IMG/VR virus record: IMGVR_UViG_2830687482_000006
Coordinates: 1 to 64,000 of that record
DNA length: 64,000 nt
Strand: one strand, 5' to 3'
Source: a virus
Lineage: Duplodnaviria; Caudoviricetes
Both the position numbers and the translations under genes were made by a program. The notes below the pieces were generated by a model. It did no database searches. It was not told the origin of the DNA and saw only the letters and a program-made list of their open reading frames with translations. This document shows positions 8,111 to 17,735 of the stretch, piece after piece (position 1 is the stretch's first letter; every line of letters begins with the position of its first letter).

Positions 8111-8914
8111 ATGAAAATTGAAAACCACAACCTGACTGCTCCAGCAAGTCACAACAAAAAAGCCACCAAGAACAAGGGAGGAGTCATTACTCCTAAAATT
8201 ATTGTTCTTCACTACACCGCCTCTGGAGGCGAGGATGGTTCTGGAGATGCTGATTACCTTTCTAGAGCAACGACAAGAGCCTCAGCTCAGGTTGTCGTAG
8301 GTCGTGAAGGTGATATTCACCAACTTATGCCTCTCAATAATCGAGCATGGCATGCCGGAGAATCTGCCTATAAAGGAAAATCCGATGTTAATTCATTCTC
8401 TATCGGAATCGAAATCGATAATTGGGGGTGGCTCAATAACGAAGGGTATTCTCATGCTGGTGTCAAAGTCCCAGAAGAATTTCAATTCAAAGGAACAAGA
8501 AATGGTCCTTCGCTTTGGGAAGCTTATCGCTCTGAGCAACTTGAGGCGGTTTCGCAAGTCATTGCAGCAATCTGTGATTACTACGACATAGAAGATATCG
8601 TAGGTCATGAGGACGTTTCCCCGGGTCGTAAACAAGACCCCGGCCCCGCACTAGATGGATTTATTAGCCAAATGAAAAAAGAACATCTGAAAGATTTTCC
8701 GGTTGAAGGAAAATCCCAAATCATTCCGGCAAAAGGCACTAAGAAAACGACCACAGGCTTAAATCTTCGTCAGGATGCGGATAAGACTTCATTGATTTTG
8801 ACCACAATTCCAAAAGGCTCGTCGGTAGAAATTCTTAAAGAACCCTATCCGGGTTGGTTCCAAGTGAGGTTTGGCAATCGCATTGGCTTCGTAGTCGGAA
8901 AGTATTTGACATAA
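8111..8914 (+). CDS. endolysin: N-acetylmuramoyl-L-alanine amidase (Amidase_2) with C-terminal SH3b
   Basis: IVLHYT, AWHAGES, SIGIE, IVGHEDV...RKQDPG; LNLR...W..V..G..G(F/Y)V SH3b pattern. Confidence 0.92.
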   Translation: MKIENHNLTAPASHNKKATKNKGGVITPKIIVLHYTASGGEDGSGDADYLSRATTRASAQVVVGREGDIHQLMPLNNRAWHAGESAYKGKSDVNSFSIGIEIDNWGWLNNEGYSHAGVKVPEEFQFKGTRNGPSLWEAYRSEQLEAVSQVIAAICDYYDIEDIVGHEDVSPGRKQDPGPALDGFISQMKKEHLKDFPVEGKSQIIPAKGTKKTTTGLNLRQDADKTSLILTTIPKGSSVEILKEPYPGWFQVRFGNRIGFVVGKYLT

Positions 8915-8958
8915 TCTTTAAAATTGGATAGCGCTTTTTCTCCATAAAGGAGAATACG

Positions 8959-9501
8959 ATGTTTAATAAATTAAGAGATAAAGTTCATGCCTCAAATGTC
9001 GAAGCTGGTTGGTGGAGTGATCTTAGGACTGGTGAGTCCATTCTTTCCACTAGGAATAGACCTGAATTGCTATGTCTCATTACTAGCGAACTTTGTGAGG
9101 CAGCAGTTGATGGTTATAAGCCAGATAGTCACCTCCCACAATTTCCCGCCCTGCACGTCGAAGTAGCAGATACGGCTATTCGCATATTAGATTTGGCCGG
9201 AGCCGATCAGATTGACTTAGAGACTGGCGACCCCTACCGAATAATCTTTCATGGGGATATGCTGAAAGATTTAATGAATCTGGTGATTTTGATTTCAAGC
9301 TATGCTCTTGAAGGAGTTCGAAAACGGAACACCGAGTTGTATCACCAGTCGATTGCCGATGCTTACCAGTGTCTTTTTAAATTTGCAGATTTGTATGAGT
9401 TCGATCTGGATGAATGTATCCAAGCTAAGTGTGACTATAATTCTAATCGTGAAGATCATAAAGTAGAGAATCGTAGAGCACCGGGTGGAAAACAAATCTA
9501 A
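8959..9501 (+). CDS. MazG-like NTP pyrophosphohydrolase (internally duplicated)
   Basis: SELCEA...EVADTAIRILD; C-terminal AKCDYNSNREDH. Confidence 0.8.
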   Translation: MFNKLRDKVHASNVEAGWWSDLRTGESILSTRNRPELLCLITSELCEAAVDGYKPDSHLPQFPALHVEVADTAIRILDLAGADQIDLETGDPYRIIFHGDMLKDLMNLVILISSYALEGVRKRNTELYHQSIADAYQCLFKFADLYEFDLDECIQAKCDYNSNREDHKVENRRAPGGKQI

Positions 9502-9549
9502 TGATTCATATGTAAGTCATTATCTAACTTAATGACTTACATATAAGAC

Positions 9550-9577
9550 AAGAAAGGCCCCAGAAGGGGCCTTTCTT
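9550..9577. terminator. bidirectional intrinsic terminator
   Basis: AAGAAAGGCCCC-AGAA-GGGGCCTTTCTT between convergent genes. Confidence 0.8.
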
Positions 9578-9784
9578 TTGTCCGAAATTTGTGTACATTT
9601 TTCGGACAAATTTAAGAGGTGTAAATACTTAGAACCATATTTTCTTGAACTCTCCAATGCTCTCTCATGGAACCCCCCTGTGGTGGTTGTCTGTAGAAAA
9701 TTACCCATCCCCCCGTAATTTCATATCTATCAGCTTCGATATCTCGAATATCTCCTTGGAGTCCTAATTCTAACCTGTATTTTT

Positions 9785-10939
9785 TCATTTTCTGTCTCCA
9801 TAGTTAATAGTGACATCTTCGACCAACCAGTCTTGATGCCCCATACCATCATCTTTGAGTTGGATAACGTAGTCGAGGTCTTCAAGCATTTGATTAAATC
9901 TTTCGAATGTAACTGCGGCACCTCTACCAATATCTTTTTGATGGAAGGTATACTGATCATATAGGTCCCGGGCCATTGTAACTTCACCTTTTTTCCGAGC
10001 AATATTCTTATTACTGTCGAGAAAGGCTTTGACTGAGTTATTTATCCTTCGAAGCTGCTCCATTCTGAAATTATGGGATAAACTTTTGGTATAATCCCCT
10101 TGCTTACGTAGCCTCACCATACCCTCCAAAGCCCAAGCAGCAATAGCTTCCCGCTCATCCGCAACAATGCTTTCAGCAAGATTCTTAACTCTAAGATGCT
10201 CCGGAACGACATTACTAAAATCCCATATAAGCCAACGGCGGATGAAGCCCATCGAACTATCTTTACTGGTAGGCATAAAATTGGACCCGAACCAATGAGC
10301 CGCAATCGGACGATATAGAAATTTATCTCTACCCTTGTACTCGGTTTCCTGAGGAGACCCCTCAACCACCTGCTTAAAGATGTTGCCTGTGATCACTCCC
10401 GACTCTGGCAGTTCTGCACAGATATTAGCTACTTTCCCCACTAATCTGGTTTGAGCAAACTGTTTTCCCCATTCTTCAGGACTAAGCGATGATATAGCGT
10501 CGGGAGGTAGAAGAGACCTCAAAATATCTAATAATACTGTTTTACCAGTCCCGGCCTTACCTACAAATAGCAGTGCTCTTTGAAAGTCAGTCGCTACCCC
10601 AAATAGGGTAGCAGCGAATCCCTCTTGAAGTCCTTGAACTCTCTCCCGAAAATCAGGCTCATTACCCCAACAATCTCCTAAGAACTCAAAAAACCTATTG
10701 GCTCTAGAAGCCAATTCAGGCTTGTATTCAAATGGAAGAGTAAAGGTAGCACCATATTTTGGAGAGTGCTCATCAATCGACAAATCTTCGGAGACCCAAC
10801 CATTTGCAAAGTTAATACCGTTTTCCATTCTTTCGATCAGAGGTTTTCTACACATTCTCTCTAAGACTTTTGTTACGCTGGCGTAATCATTATGTCGTTG
10901 AACGAGTTTTGAACCTTTGATATTATTTGCAATTTGCAT
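9785..10939 (-). CDS. D5-like SF3 helicase (C-terminal part of primase-helicase)
   Basis: GKAGTGKT Walker A, ICAELP Walker B, GSNFMP motif C; in frame with the upstream primase across TGA 11018-11020. Confidence 0.9.
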   Translation of the reverse strand: MQIANNIKGSKLVQRHNDYASVTKVLERMCRKPLIERMENGINFANGWVSEDLSIDEHSPKYGATFTLPFEYKPELASRANRFFEFLGDCWGNEPDFRERVQGLQEGFAATLFGVATDFQRALLFVGKAGTGKTVLLDILRSLLPPDAISSLSPEEWGKQFAQTRLVGKVANICAELPESGVITGNIFKQVVEGSPQETEYKGRDKFLYRPIAAHWFGSNFMPTSKDSSMGFIRRWLIWDFSNVVPEHLRVKNLAESIVADEREAIAAWALEGMVRLRKQGDYTKSLSHNFRMEQLRRINNSVKAFLDSNKNIARKKGEVTMARDLYDQYTFHQKDIGRGAAVTFERFNQMLEDLDYVIQLKDDGMGHQDWLVEDVTINYGDRK

Positions 10940-11017
10940 ATAAATTTCTTCGTGGGGGACGTGCTTAAAGCATGATCCGTTCCACTGCCAAAATTTATCT
11001 TTATCAAATCTTATTTC

Positions 11018-12253
11018 TCAAATTCTTTCAATCTGCTCAAGAACAGCTCGGGCAATGGTTTCATGGTCTTCCCAATCTTCTCCTCCCTCAGCTTTTCTTT
11101 TAGCAGCTTTATAGCCTTGAAGAAGGTCTGCCTTCCCAAGTTTGAGATTATCGGAACTGGCAATTTTCTGAATGAAACCAAGCAAAGCTCTAAAGTCCAT
11201 TTCTGAAAATTTATCATCTTTAGCTACTAGAGATAATAATTCTTGGACCCTAGCCATAGCCCAATCGTCATCTCCCGGTTGCTCGGCCAATTTTCCCCGA
11301 AGCCAATCTCTAGCCTTTACTACTGTCCATCGTGACACCTGATTCTTTTCAGCAATCAGTTTAATTGATTCATTTGCAAGCCAGTGTTCAGTGAGATTTG
11401 CATCCCACCCTTCGGGTAAAGACTTTCCTTTTTCCAAGTCTTTGATCAAAAACTCGAAAAGTTTTGCTATCCCTTTGCCGGGGTCCATATTGTCCCCACT
11501 GGAAACAGTTGTGGTAAACTGGCGAACCCAATGAGTCATATGATCAATGGCTTCTTGTAGGGAGAATTGAGCGGCCTTATCCATGCCTAGAACAACTCTT
11601 GCAAGATAGCCTGCATGACGAATCATTTGAACATCACGTTCGCCCTCTGGAACGATATCTACGGGGCCGGAACGAGTTCCCTTTGCCACCGAGAAACCTC
11701 TAGCGTTAAGTAAGTCTCGTAACTGACTATCGATATCATCTGCCAAAGGTAGTATCTGATCGATAACCTCATAAAGATTAGTGTTTGCTTTATAAGGTTT
11801 CCCCGTATCTGGGTGAATAGAAGGTGGAACCACCATTTGGTTACCTAAGCCCAAAAATTCGCAAATCATTCCATCCTGATCACTGCGAAGTTTGAAGTTA
11901 CGCTGACCAGACCAACGATAAATCAGACCCATACCCTTGGCACCAATACGAACCCAAGGGGACTTAGGAAGAATATCAAGAATGGCTTTTACCAACTCTT
12001 CATTCTCAGTATCAATATCTATAGCACACAGACCAGAAGCTGACCCGAAAGGTAATCCAATATTACAGTCAGGATAACTGTTAAGCCAAGCCTGCTTTTC
12101 GGTATCAGTCGGCATGACTGAGCCAAATTTCGGCCAATCATTTAGTATCGGAGCTTTACCCCGACCTTTTTGATCCACATTATGTGGTTTCAAAGGAATC
12201 ACTGGTAGGCCTGCTGCCCAATACAGTGGTGCGTGTTCTGCAAAAATTGTCAT
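11018..12253 (-). CDS. bifunctional DNA primase/polymerase (Prim-Pol) domain (N-terminal part of primase-helicase)
   Basis: NIGLPFG...LCAIDID, GMGLIYRW, VVPPSIHPDTGKPY motifs. Confidence 0.9.
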   Translation of the reverse strand: MTIFAEHAPLYWAAGLPVIPLKPHNVDQKGRGKAPILNDWPKFGSVMPTDTEKQAWLNSYPDCNIGLPFGSASGLCAIDIDTENEELVKAILDILPKSPWVRIGAKGMGLIYRWSGQRNFKLRSDQDGMICEFLGLGNQMVVPPSIHPDTGKPYKANTNLYEVIDQILPLADDIDSQLRDLLNARGFSVAKGTRSGPVDIVPEGERDVQMIRHAGYLARVVLGMDKAAQFSLQEAIDHMTHWVRQFTTTVSSGDNMDPGKGIAKLFEFLIKDLEKGKSLPEGWDANLTEHWLANESIKLIAEKNQVSRWTVVKARDWLRGKLAEQPGDDDWAMARVQELLSLVAKDDKFSEMDFRALLGFIQKIASSDNLKLGKADLLQGYKAAKRKAEGGEDWEDHETIARAVLEQIERI

Positions 12254-12254
12254 A

Positions 12255-12845
12255 TCATTCCTCTGCCGCGAAGGGTTCTAATTTTTCAATTATTCTTAAA
12301 CGTAAATCTTGAGGTAATTCATCTTCCATAAGCTGAATAACTATAGAGATAAAATCTTGCTGTTTTTTTATGCTTTCAATCCTCTCTTTCATTGAGAGGA
12401 TTTTCTCTACTAGAGCCGCTCTGGTTTTAACAACTTGTATCCGCTCATGTGGTTCTAGGCCCTTCGCGTCAAGTTTAAGTTGCCTGATTTCTTCCCTCAG
12501 ATCATTAAATTCTTTTTCAAGTTCTCCAATAGGAATACCTGAGTTTTTTAGAGGTCTTCCTGATTTTTTTCGCCCATCAGGTTTCTCCACCAAGGTGGCT
12601 TCCACAACCGGATCAAGAACAAAAGTTTTCAATAACTCTCTGGTAGTTTTGTCATATGGACAGACTCGACCATCTAGGTAGGTAGGATCATTCGAGACAT
12701 TGGTCACTATCGTTTTGAATTTTTGTAATTCAGTTAGGCTGATTGTAGGGTATTTATCCATACCGATCTTTCTCCTTGCTAAAAGCCCCTTAGTTGTGCT
12801 ATCTGAGGACATAATTGCTATACACAGCTCTCTCTCATAGTTCAA
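12255..12845 (-). CDS. putative terminase small subunit
   Basis: 196-aa helical protein adjacent and divergent to TerL; function is positional inference. Confidence 0.45.
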   Translation of the reverse strand: MNYERELCIAIMSSDSTTKGLLARRKIGMDKYPTISLTELQKFKTIVTNVSNDPTYLDGRVCPYDKTTRELLKTFVLDPVVEATLVEKPDGRKKSGRPLKNSGIPIGELEKEFNDLREEIRQLKLDAKGLEPHERIQVVKTRAALVEKILSMKERIESIKKQQDFISIVIQLMEDELPQDLRLRIIEKLEPFAAEE

Positions 12846-12906
12846 CCCCCTCGCGTGAAAAATTATGACAAGTTTGCAACCTGATAGAAAAAGGTAATAA
12901 AAACAA

Positions 12907-14640
12907 GTGTTTAAAGAACTTCATAAATTTGCTTCTCAGAAGTTTAAGGCTTCGGGAGATGATGTTCCCATCGCAGATTGGATAACCGAGCATACTACTC
13001 TTGCTCGTAAGCCTTTCTCTTTTAAGAGATATCCTTTTCAAGAGCAAATCGCCAATGATATGCACCCAAATCTGAGCGTCATCAAATGCAGCCAGATCGG
13101 CTTAACGGAAATTCAGGTTCGAAAATTTTTAGCATTTCTCCGACGAATGAATGGAGTTAGTGGCATTTTTACGCTGCCTACAGAAGATATGGCAAAAAGA
13201 GTTTATACGACCCGCATGTCCCCGATCCTTAGAGTCGATGATGTTTTTAATCCTCCGATGTTAGACAAACCTGTCAGGCGTCAAGATTTGATTCAAGTTC
13301 AAGACTCATGGGGCTATATAACTCCATGTATCGAAGGGCCAGCAACATCTATTCCAGCGGATATCCTTTTTCACGACGAATTAGATTTATCAGACGAAGC
13401 GATGGTGGGATTGTTTCAGTCTCGACTACAAAACTCAGAATTCAAAATTACTCAGGCATTTTCTACCCCGACTTATCTTGGATATGGAGTAGATAAAAAT
13501 TTCAATCTAACTGATCAATTTTATTATCTTGTAAGATGTTCTAAGTGTAACCATCATCAATTTCCCCGATTTGAGCACGACTTCATACACATAGCCGGTA
13601 TGAGTTTTGAAGTCGATAAGCTTACTGACATGACTGCTGAACAAATAACTGGGCTTAATTTGAAAGATTCCTATGTTAAGTGTGCTAAATGCAGCAGTCG
13701 ATTAGATTTATCGGATGTATCTTTACGAGAATGGGTAGCAAAATATCCAAGTAAGGATCAGTTTAGAGGGTATAAGGTAAATCCTTTCTCTACTGATAGA
13801 ATTTCACTCGAATATATTTTTCAACAGCTTGCTAAGTATAAGATGCAGGAGAATGAAAAGGGATTCCATAATACTGTTCTCGGAGAACCTTATAGTCCTG
13901 CTTCTGCCCAAATTCCTGAGGATTGTATTCGCTCGGCAATGACACCTCATGGCAGACCAATAACACCCGACTGGGATAGAGCTGTTTTTATGGGTATCGA
14001 CATGGGAGCCATTTGCCACATAAGCTTGGTTGGTGAATATACTGATGGGAAAGACCCTTGGTTCTTATTCAAGACATGCCACGTATCTCAACTTTCGGCA
14101 ACTATTTCTGAACTTCAAAAAGAATATAACATCGTTCAGGCTTGTGCTGATCGCTACCCCTATACTCCGGAGGTTGATCAACTTCGAGAAAACACAAATG
14201 GTATGTTAATGCCTATATCTTACAGGGGTAATGCTATTATCGCACCTCGTAAAGACGAGGCAGATAATCTCATATATTATGATGCTAATAGAACCTTCGC
14301 ACTAGACATGGTTAGAACATCAATCGTGAACAATATTGCGGTTCTTGGTGGTTACACTTCTAATAAAGATGTGTTGGTGGCACACTTAAGAGATATGATC
14401 AGGGAGGAAAGTCCCGAAAAAGAGCCACGCTGGGTTAAATTAAATGGTAACGATCACTTTTTTCACTCTATGGCCTATGCCCTATTAGCTAGAAGAGTGT
14501 CCGAGCATTTATTTTTGCATAATCTCGGAGATAGTGCTATGACTCTATCTATCGTAGGTATGGATGTTGGTGAGCAAAAAAATGATCCAACTAACAAATT
14601 CTTAGGTAAGGGTGTGAGAAAATATGGCTTCACTGGATAG
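12907..14640 (+). CDS. terL: terminase large subunit, lambda GpA-like
   Basis: IKCSQIGLTE Walker A variant, FHDELD Walker B, two CxxC pairs, MGIDMG nuclease, NDHFFHSMAY. Confidence 0.9.
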   Translation: MFKELHKFASQKFKASGDDVPIADWITEHTTLARKPFSFKRYPFQEQIANDMHPNLSVIKCSQIGLTEIQVRKFLAFLRRMNGVSGIFTLPTEDMAKRVYTTRMSPILRVDDVFNPPMLDKPVRRQDLIQVQDSWGYITPCIEGPATSIPADILFHDELDLSDEAMVGLFQSRLQNSEFKITQAFSTPTYLGYGVDKNFNLTDQFYYLVRCSKCNHHQFPRFEHDFIHIAGMSFEVDKLTDMTAEQITGLNLKDSYVKCAKCSSRLDLSDVSLREWVAKYPSKDQFRGYKVNPFSTDRISLEYIFQQLAKYKMQENEKGFHNTVLGEPYSPASAQIPEDCIRSAMTPHGRPITPDWDRAVFMGIDMGAICHISLVGEYTDGKDPWFLFKTCHVSQLSATISELQKEYNIVQACADRYPYTPEVDQLRENTNGMLMPISYRGNAIIAPRKDEADNLIYYDANRTFALDMVRTSIVNNIAVLGGYTSNKDVLVAHLRDMIREESPEKEPRWVKLNGNDHFFHSMAYALLARRVSEHLFLHNLGDSAMTLSIVGMDVGEQKNDPTNKFLGKGVRKYGFTG

Positions 14641-16087
14641 TATTCAATTCATCCTTCCGAAGAAAAAACAAAAAACAGGTGGTCAATCCGCCACACCGGG
14701 CTATAATGCCAACGATGAGGTCCGTTCTGTACCTCGATACGCAAATCATCGTAATGATATTTTCGATTCAAGACAATCTGGGGATAGTAGAACTCTGTTG
14801 GATGATCTGGTTCGTCACGATCCAGATGTTTCTTCTGCTATTTTTGCGTTTGGAACTATTTCTAGTTCTGCTCAAATGTACATGGTTGCTTATGATACTA
14901 ATAATGAAGTTGACGCTGATGGAATAAAGCTGGCTCAAGCTATTTCAAATAGACTTTTTACTGCCAATGATTATTCAATAGGCTTTAATGCAAAAATGTC
15001 CGAAAAGCAATTTCTTGATGATCTGAGATATAGCACTATACTGCATGGAGCATATGGATTTGAGCTAGTTTATGATAAGGCTCTAGAACCATATGAGTTA
15101 CGTATAGTCGATATGAAATCTGTCGAGTGGCAAGAATCAAAACCCGGACTGTACAAGCCTTTCCAAAAAGTCACGGGTGTAAATGATTCTGTTTCTTTGG
15201 ATATTCCTACTTTCTTCACAGAAAAATTCCACCAGAATCCCAATGACATTTATGGGTATTCTTTGTTTGTTTCGGCTATAAACACGATTGCTGCCCGTCA
15301 GCAGGTGATAAATGATTTATATAGAATCATGCAGTTCACTGGATATCCTCGATTGGATATAACAGTTCTCGAATCAGTGCTTATGCAGAACGCACCTCCG
15401 GCTTTAAGAAACGATCCAAAGAAGCGACAACAATTTGTCGATCAGCAGCTTAGTGCTATTCGGGGTCAATTTACAACAATTAGACCCGATCAAGCTTTCG
15501 TGCATACAGATGCTGTTAAAACCGGTATGGTAAATGATAAGAATCCCGGAGCAAGTTTACAAATTAAAGAGGTCATAGAAACTCTGAATGCCCAAAACCA
15601 AGCGGCCTTAAAAACAATGCCTTCTGTTGTGGGTAAAGGTCAGAATGGGGATACTGCTTCTACGGAAAGTAGACTTTTTGCTATAAGCTGTGATAGCTTG
15701 AACAAAACTCTCGCCTCTGGACTTTCCGAAGCTTTAACCCTAGCTGCAAGAATAGCTGGTTTTCAAGGTAGGGTAGAAGTTTGTTTTACGCCTATTGAGC
15801 TTAGGCCTACTCTCGAACTTGAACCTCATTTCACTATGAAGGCTTCTCGATTGAAGCAAGACCTATCTCTCGGAGTCATAACTGATCTTGAATATCACAT
15901 GCAAATGTACAATCGTCCACCACCAGCCGGGTACAAAAAATTATCAGGAACCAATTTTCTTGATCAACAGACTGTAGATGTACAGGCAGATAAGATTAGT
16001 CCTAATGACGACCCAAATGGTAGAGGTCAAGTTTCTGAGGGCGGAAAAAATGCAAAATCTAACCGAACAAAAAGTGGTGAGGTTTGA
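14624..16087 (+). CDS. portal protein
   Basis: 487 aa directly after TerL. Confidence 0.8.
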   Translation: MASLDSIQFILPKKKQKTGGQSATPGYNANDEVRSVPRYANHRNDIFDSRQSGDSRTLLDDLVRHDPDVSSAIFAFGTISSSAQMYMVAYDTNNEVDADGIKLAQAISNRLFTANDYSIGFNAKMSEKQFLDDLRYSTILHGAYGFELVYDKALEPYELRIVDMKSVEWQESKPGLYKPFQKVTGVNDSVSLDIPTFFTEKFHQNPNDIYGYSLFVSAINTIAARQQVINDLYRIMQFTGYPRLDITVLESVLMQNAPPALRNDPKKRQQFVDQQLSAIRGQFTTIRPDQAFVHTDAVKTGMVNDKNPGASLQIKEVIETLNAQNQAALKTMPSVVGKGQNGDTASTESRLFAISCDSLNKTLASGLSEALTLAARIAGFQGRVEVCFTPIELRPTLELEPHFTMKASRLKQDLSLGVITDLEYHMQMYNRPPPAGYKKLSGTNFLDQQTVDVQADKISPNDDPNGRGQVSEGGKNAKSNRTKSGEV

Positions 16088-16135
16088 TATGGTTAACTTG
16101 AATGATTTTAAGAAAGATCGTAGAGGACTGTTGAT

Positions 16136-17317
16136 ATGAAAGAATTAGTAAAGACTCCTTTTATCACAGCTCTGCTGACGAAAGCGGCGGGACCTGATGT
16201 TGATTTGAATAAGCTTCATGTATTTGAAGTTAGAGCTACCAGTACTGTACCTCTTCGGGGTAAAAAAGGAACAATTTTTGAAAGGGCTACAATTAGTCCT
16301 CACACTATCTCTCTGTTAGCTAAGTCCGTTAATGAGGATGCTGTACCACTGATGATGGACCATGAGCTTGATGGTGCACCATATGGTAAATTTTTCTATG
16401 CTGAATCTGTTCCAATGGAATCGGGAGATATAGAGCTTAGAGGATACATCTATGTAGACGATAGTGAAGAAGTAATTCTTACAAAGCTTGAGACTGGATC
16501 GATTGATGAAGTATCAATTCAGTTCCTTTCAAGTCATATGCTTTGTTCAGAATGTGGGTTTGATTATTTTGAAGCTGCGGCGAATGATAATTTTCTTCCC
16601 CTTATGAGTCATACTTGCGAACAAGGCCACGTAATTGGTAGAGAAGGTGTTCATGTTCGTCTTGTTGGCGTAGAAGAAATGATAGAACTAAGTTTGGTTA
16701 GTCGTGGTGCAGCAAAAAATTCCAAGATTATAGGATCATCTGATGCTATGTTGGGCGAATCAGCACAAAGATTAGCCGCAAGCGGCGTCGATGTGCGAAA
16801 TGATTATTATTGCACAGCGTCGATCAACGATGAAGGAGTTAATGACGTGGATTTCAAAGACCTAACGGCCAAGCTGACTGCTTTGACCGACGACAAGATC
16901 GACCTAGCAACCAAATTGGTAGCAGCCGAAGCTCAAGTGACAGCACTTACCTCAGATCGAGATTCTGAAAAAGCTCGTGCCGATTCAGCAGAAGCTCAAG
17001 TAACTAAACTTACAGAAGCAGCTGCTACTGCCAGTCAGGAAGCCGAAGGTGTTCCAACAAGTGAAACAGTCACAGCCATGTCTGCCTTGATCGGTAAAAA
17101 CTATGTGGCTTTGAAAGCTCTAGATGGTGAAGCAGACGCAAATGTTCCCGAGGATATTACCGAAGCTGTGAAGTTTATTGAGGACAATCAGGCTCGCCTC
17201 AGTGCTCTAATTCCGGCTGGTGGAGTAACTGTTCAGGCAGGTGGGAGCCAAGGTAATCTGACAGAAGGTCAGAAGAAACTGCAAATCGCACAAGTTAGTG
17301 CTTTCAAGTCGAACTAA
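16136..17317 (+). CDS. prohead protease / scaffold
   Basis: PLMMDH, EVSI, ELSLVSRGA protease-like motifs; C-terminal coiled coil. Confidence 0.75.
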   Translation: MKELVKTPFITALLTKAAGPDVDLNKLHVFEVRATSTVPLRGKKGTIFERATISPHTISLLAKSVNEDAVPLMMDHELDGAPYGKFFYAESVPMESGDIELRGYIYVDDSEEVILTKLETGSIDEVSIQFLSSHMLCSECGFDYFEAAANDNFLPLMSHTCEQGHVIGREGVHVRLVGVEEMIELSLVSRGAAKNSKIIGSSDAMLGESAQRLAASGVDVRNDYYCTASINDEGVNDVDFKDLTAKLTALTDDKIDLATKLVAAEAQVTALTSDRDSEKARADSAEAQVTKLTEAAATASQEAEGVPTSETVTAMSALIGKNYVALKALDGEADANVPEDITEAVKFIEDNQARLSALIPAGGVTVQAGGSQGNLTEGQKKLQIAQVSAFKSN

Positions 17318-17330
17318 GGAGTGAAGAAAA

Positions 17331-17717
17331 ATGACCTTTAATACAAGCCAAGTAATCCTTGACGGCTTCACAATGGATGATTTCATCTTCACGATGTTCA
17401 TCAGTGGCACTGTAACTCAGGAAGATATCGGTAAAGCTGTTTCGCTAGATACCGCCGCTCCTGCTACTGTTAAGCTTGCCGCAGATAATGATGTAGTTTA
17501 TGGACGTATTTTCCAAGTTGAAGATCGCTCACAGGAAGGCGTTACTACTGTTTCCGTAGAAACTAAATTCCGTAAACGCCTTCCGAAAACCGGTGCAGTA
17601 ACTATTGGAGCAAGTGTTGTGGGTGCAGGAGCTGGTGTTGTTAAAGCAGCAGCTGCATCTTCTGCTAATGTCGTACTAGCAGTCGGCACTGATTATGTTA
17701 TTGTGCAAAAGAACTAA
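17331..17717 (+). CDS. capsid decoration/cement protein
   Basis: 128 aa between protease and capsid; DIGKAVSL...VKLAAD...YGRI pattern. Confidence 0.7.
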   Translation: MTFNTSQVILDGFTMDDFIFTMFISGTVTQEDIGKAVSLDTAAPATVKLAADNDVVYGRIFQVEDRSQEGVTTVSVETKFRKRLPKTGAVTIGASVVGAGAGVVKAAAASSANVVLAVGTDYVIVQKN

Positions 17718-17735
17718 GAACAGGAGTAATTTTTA

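Noticed and set aside
11018-11020. Genome-wide TGA reassignment
   Set aside because: Many genes end in TGA with ATGA coupling and no UCA-anticodon tRNA is in the window; at most site-specific readthrough
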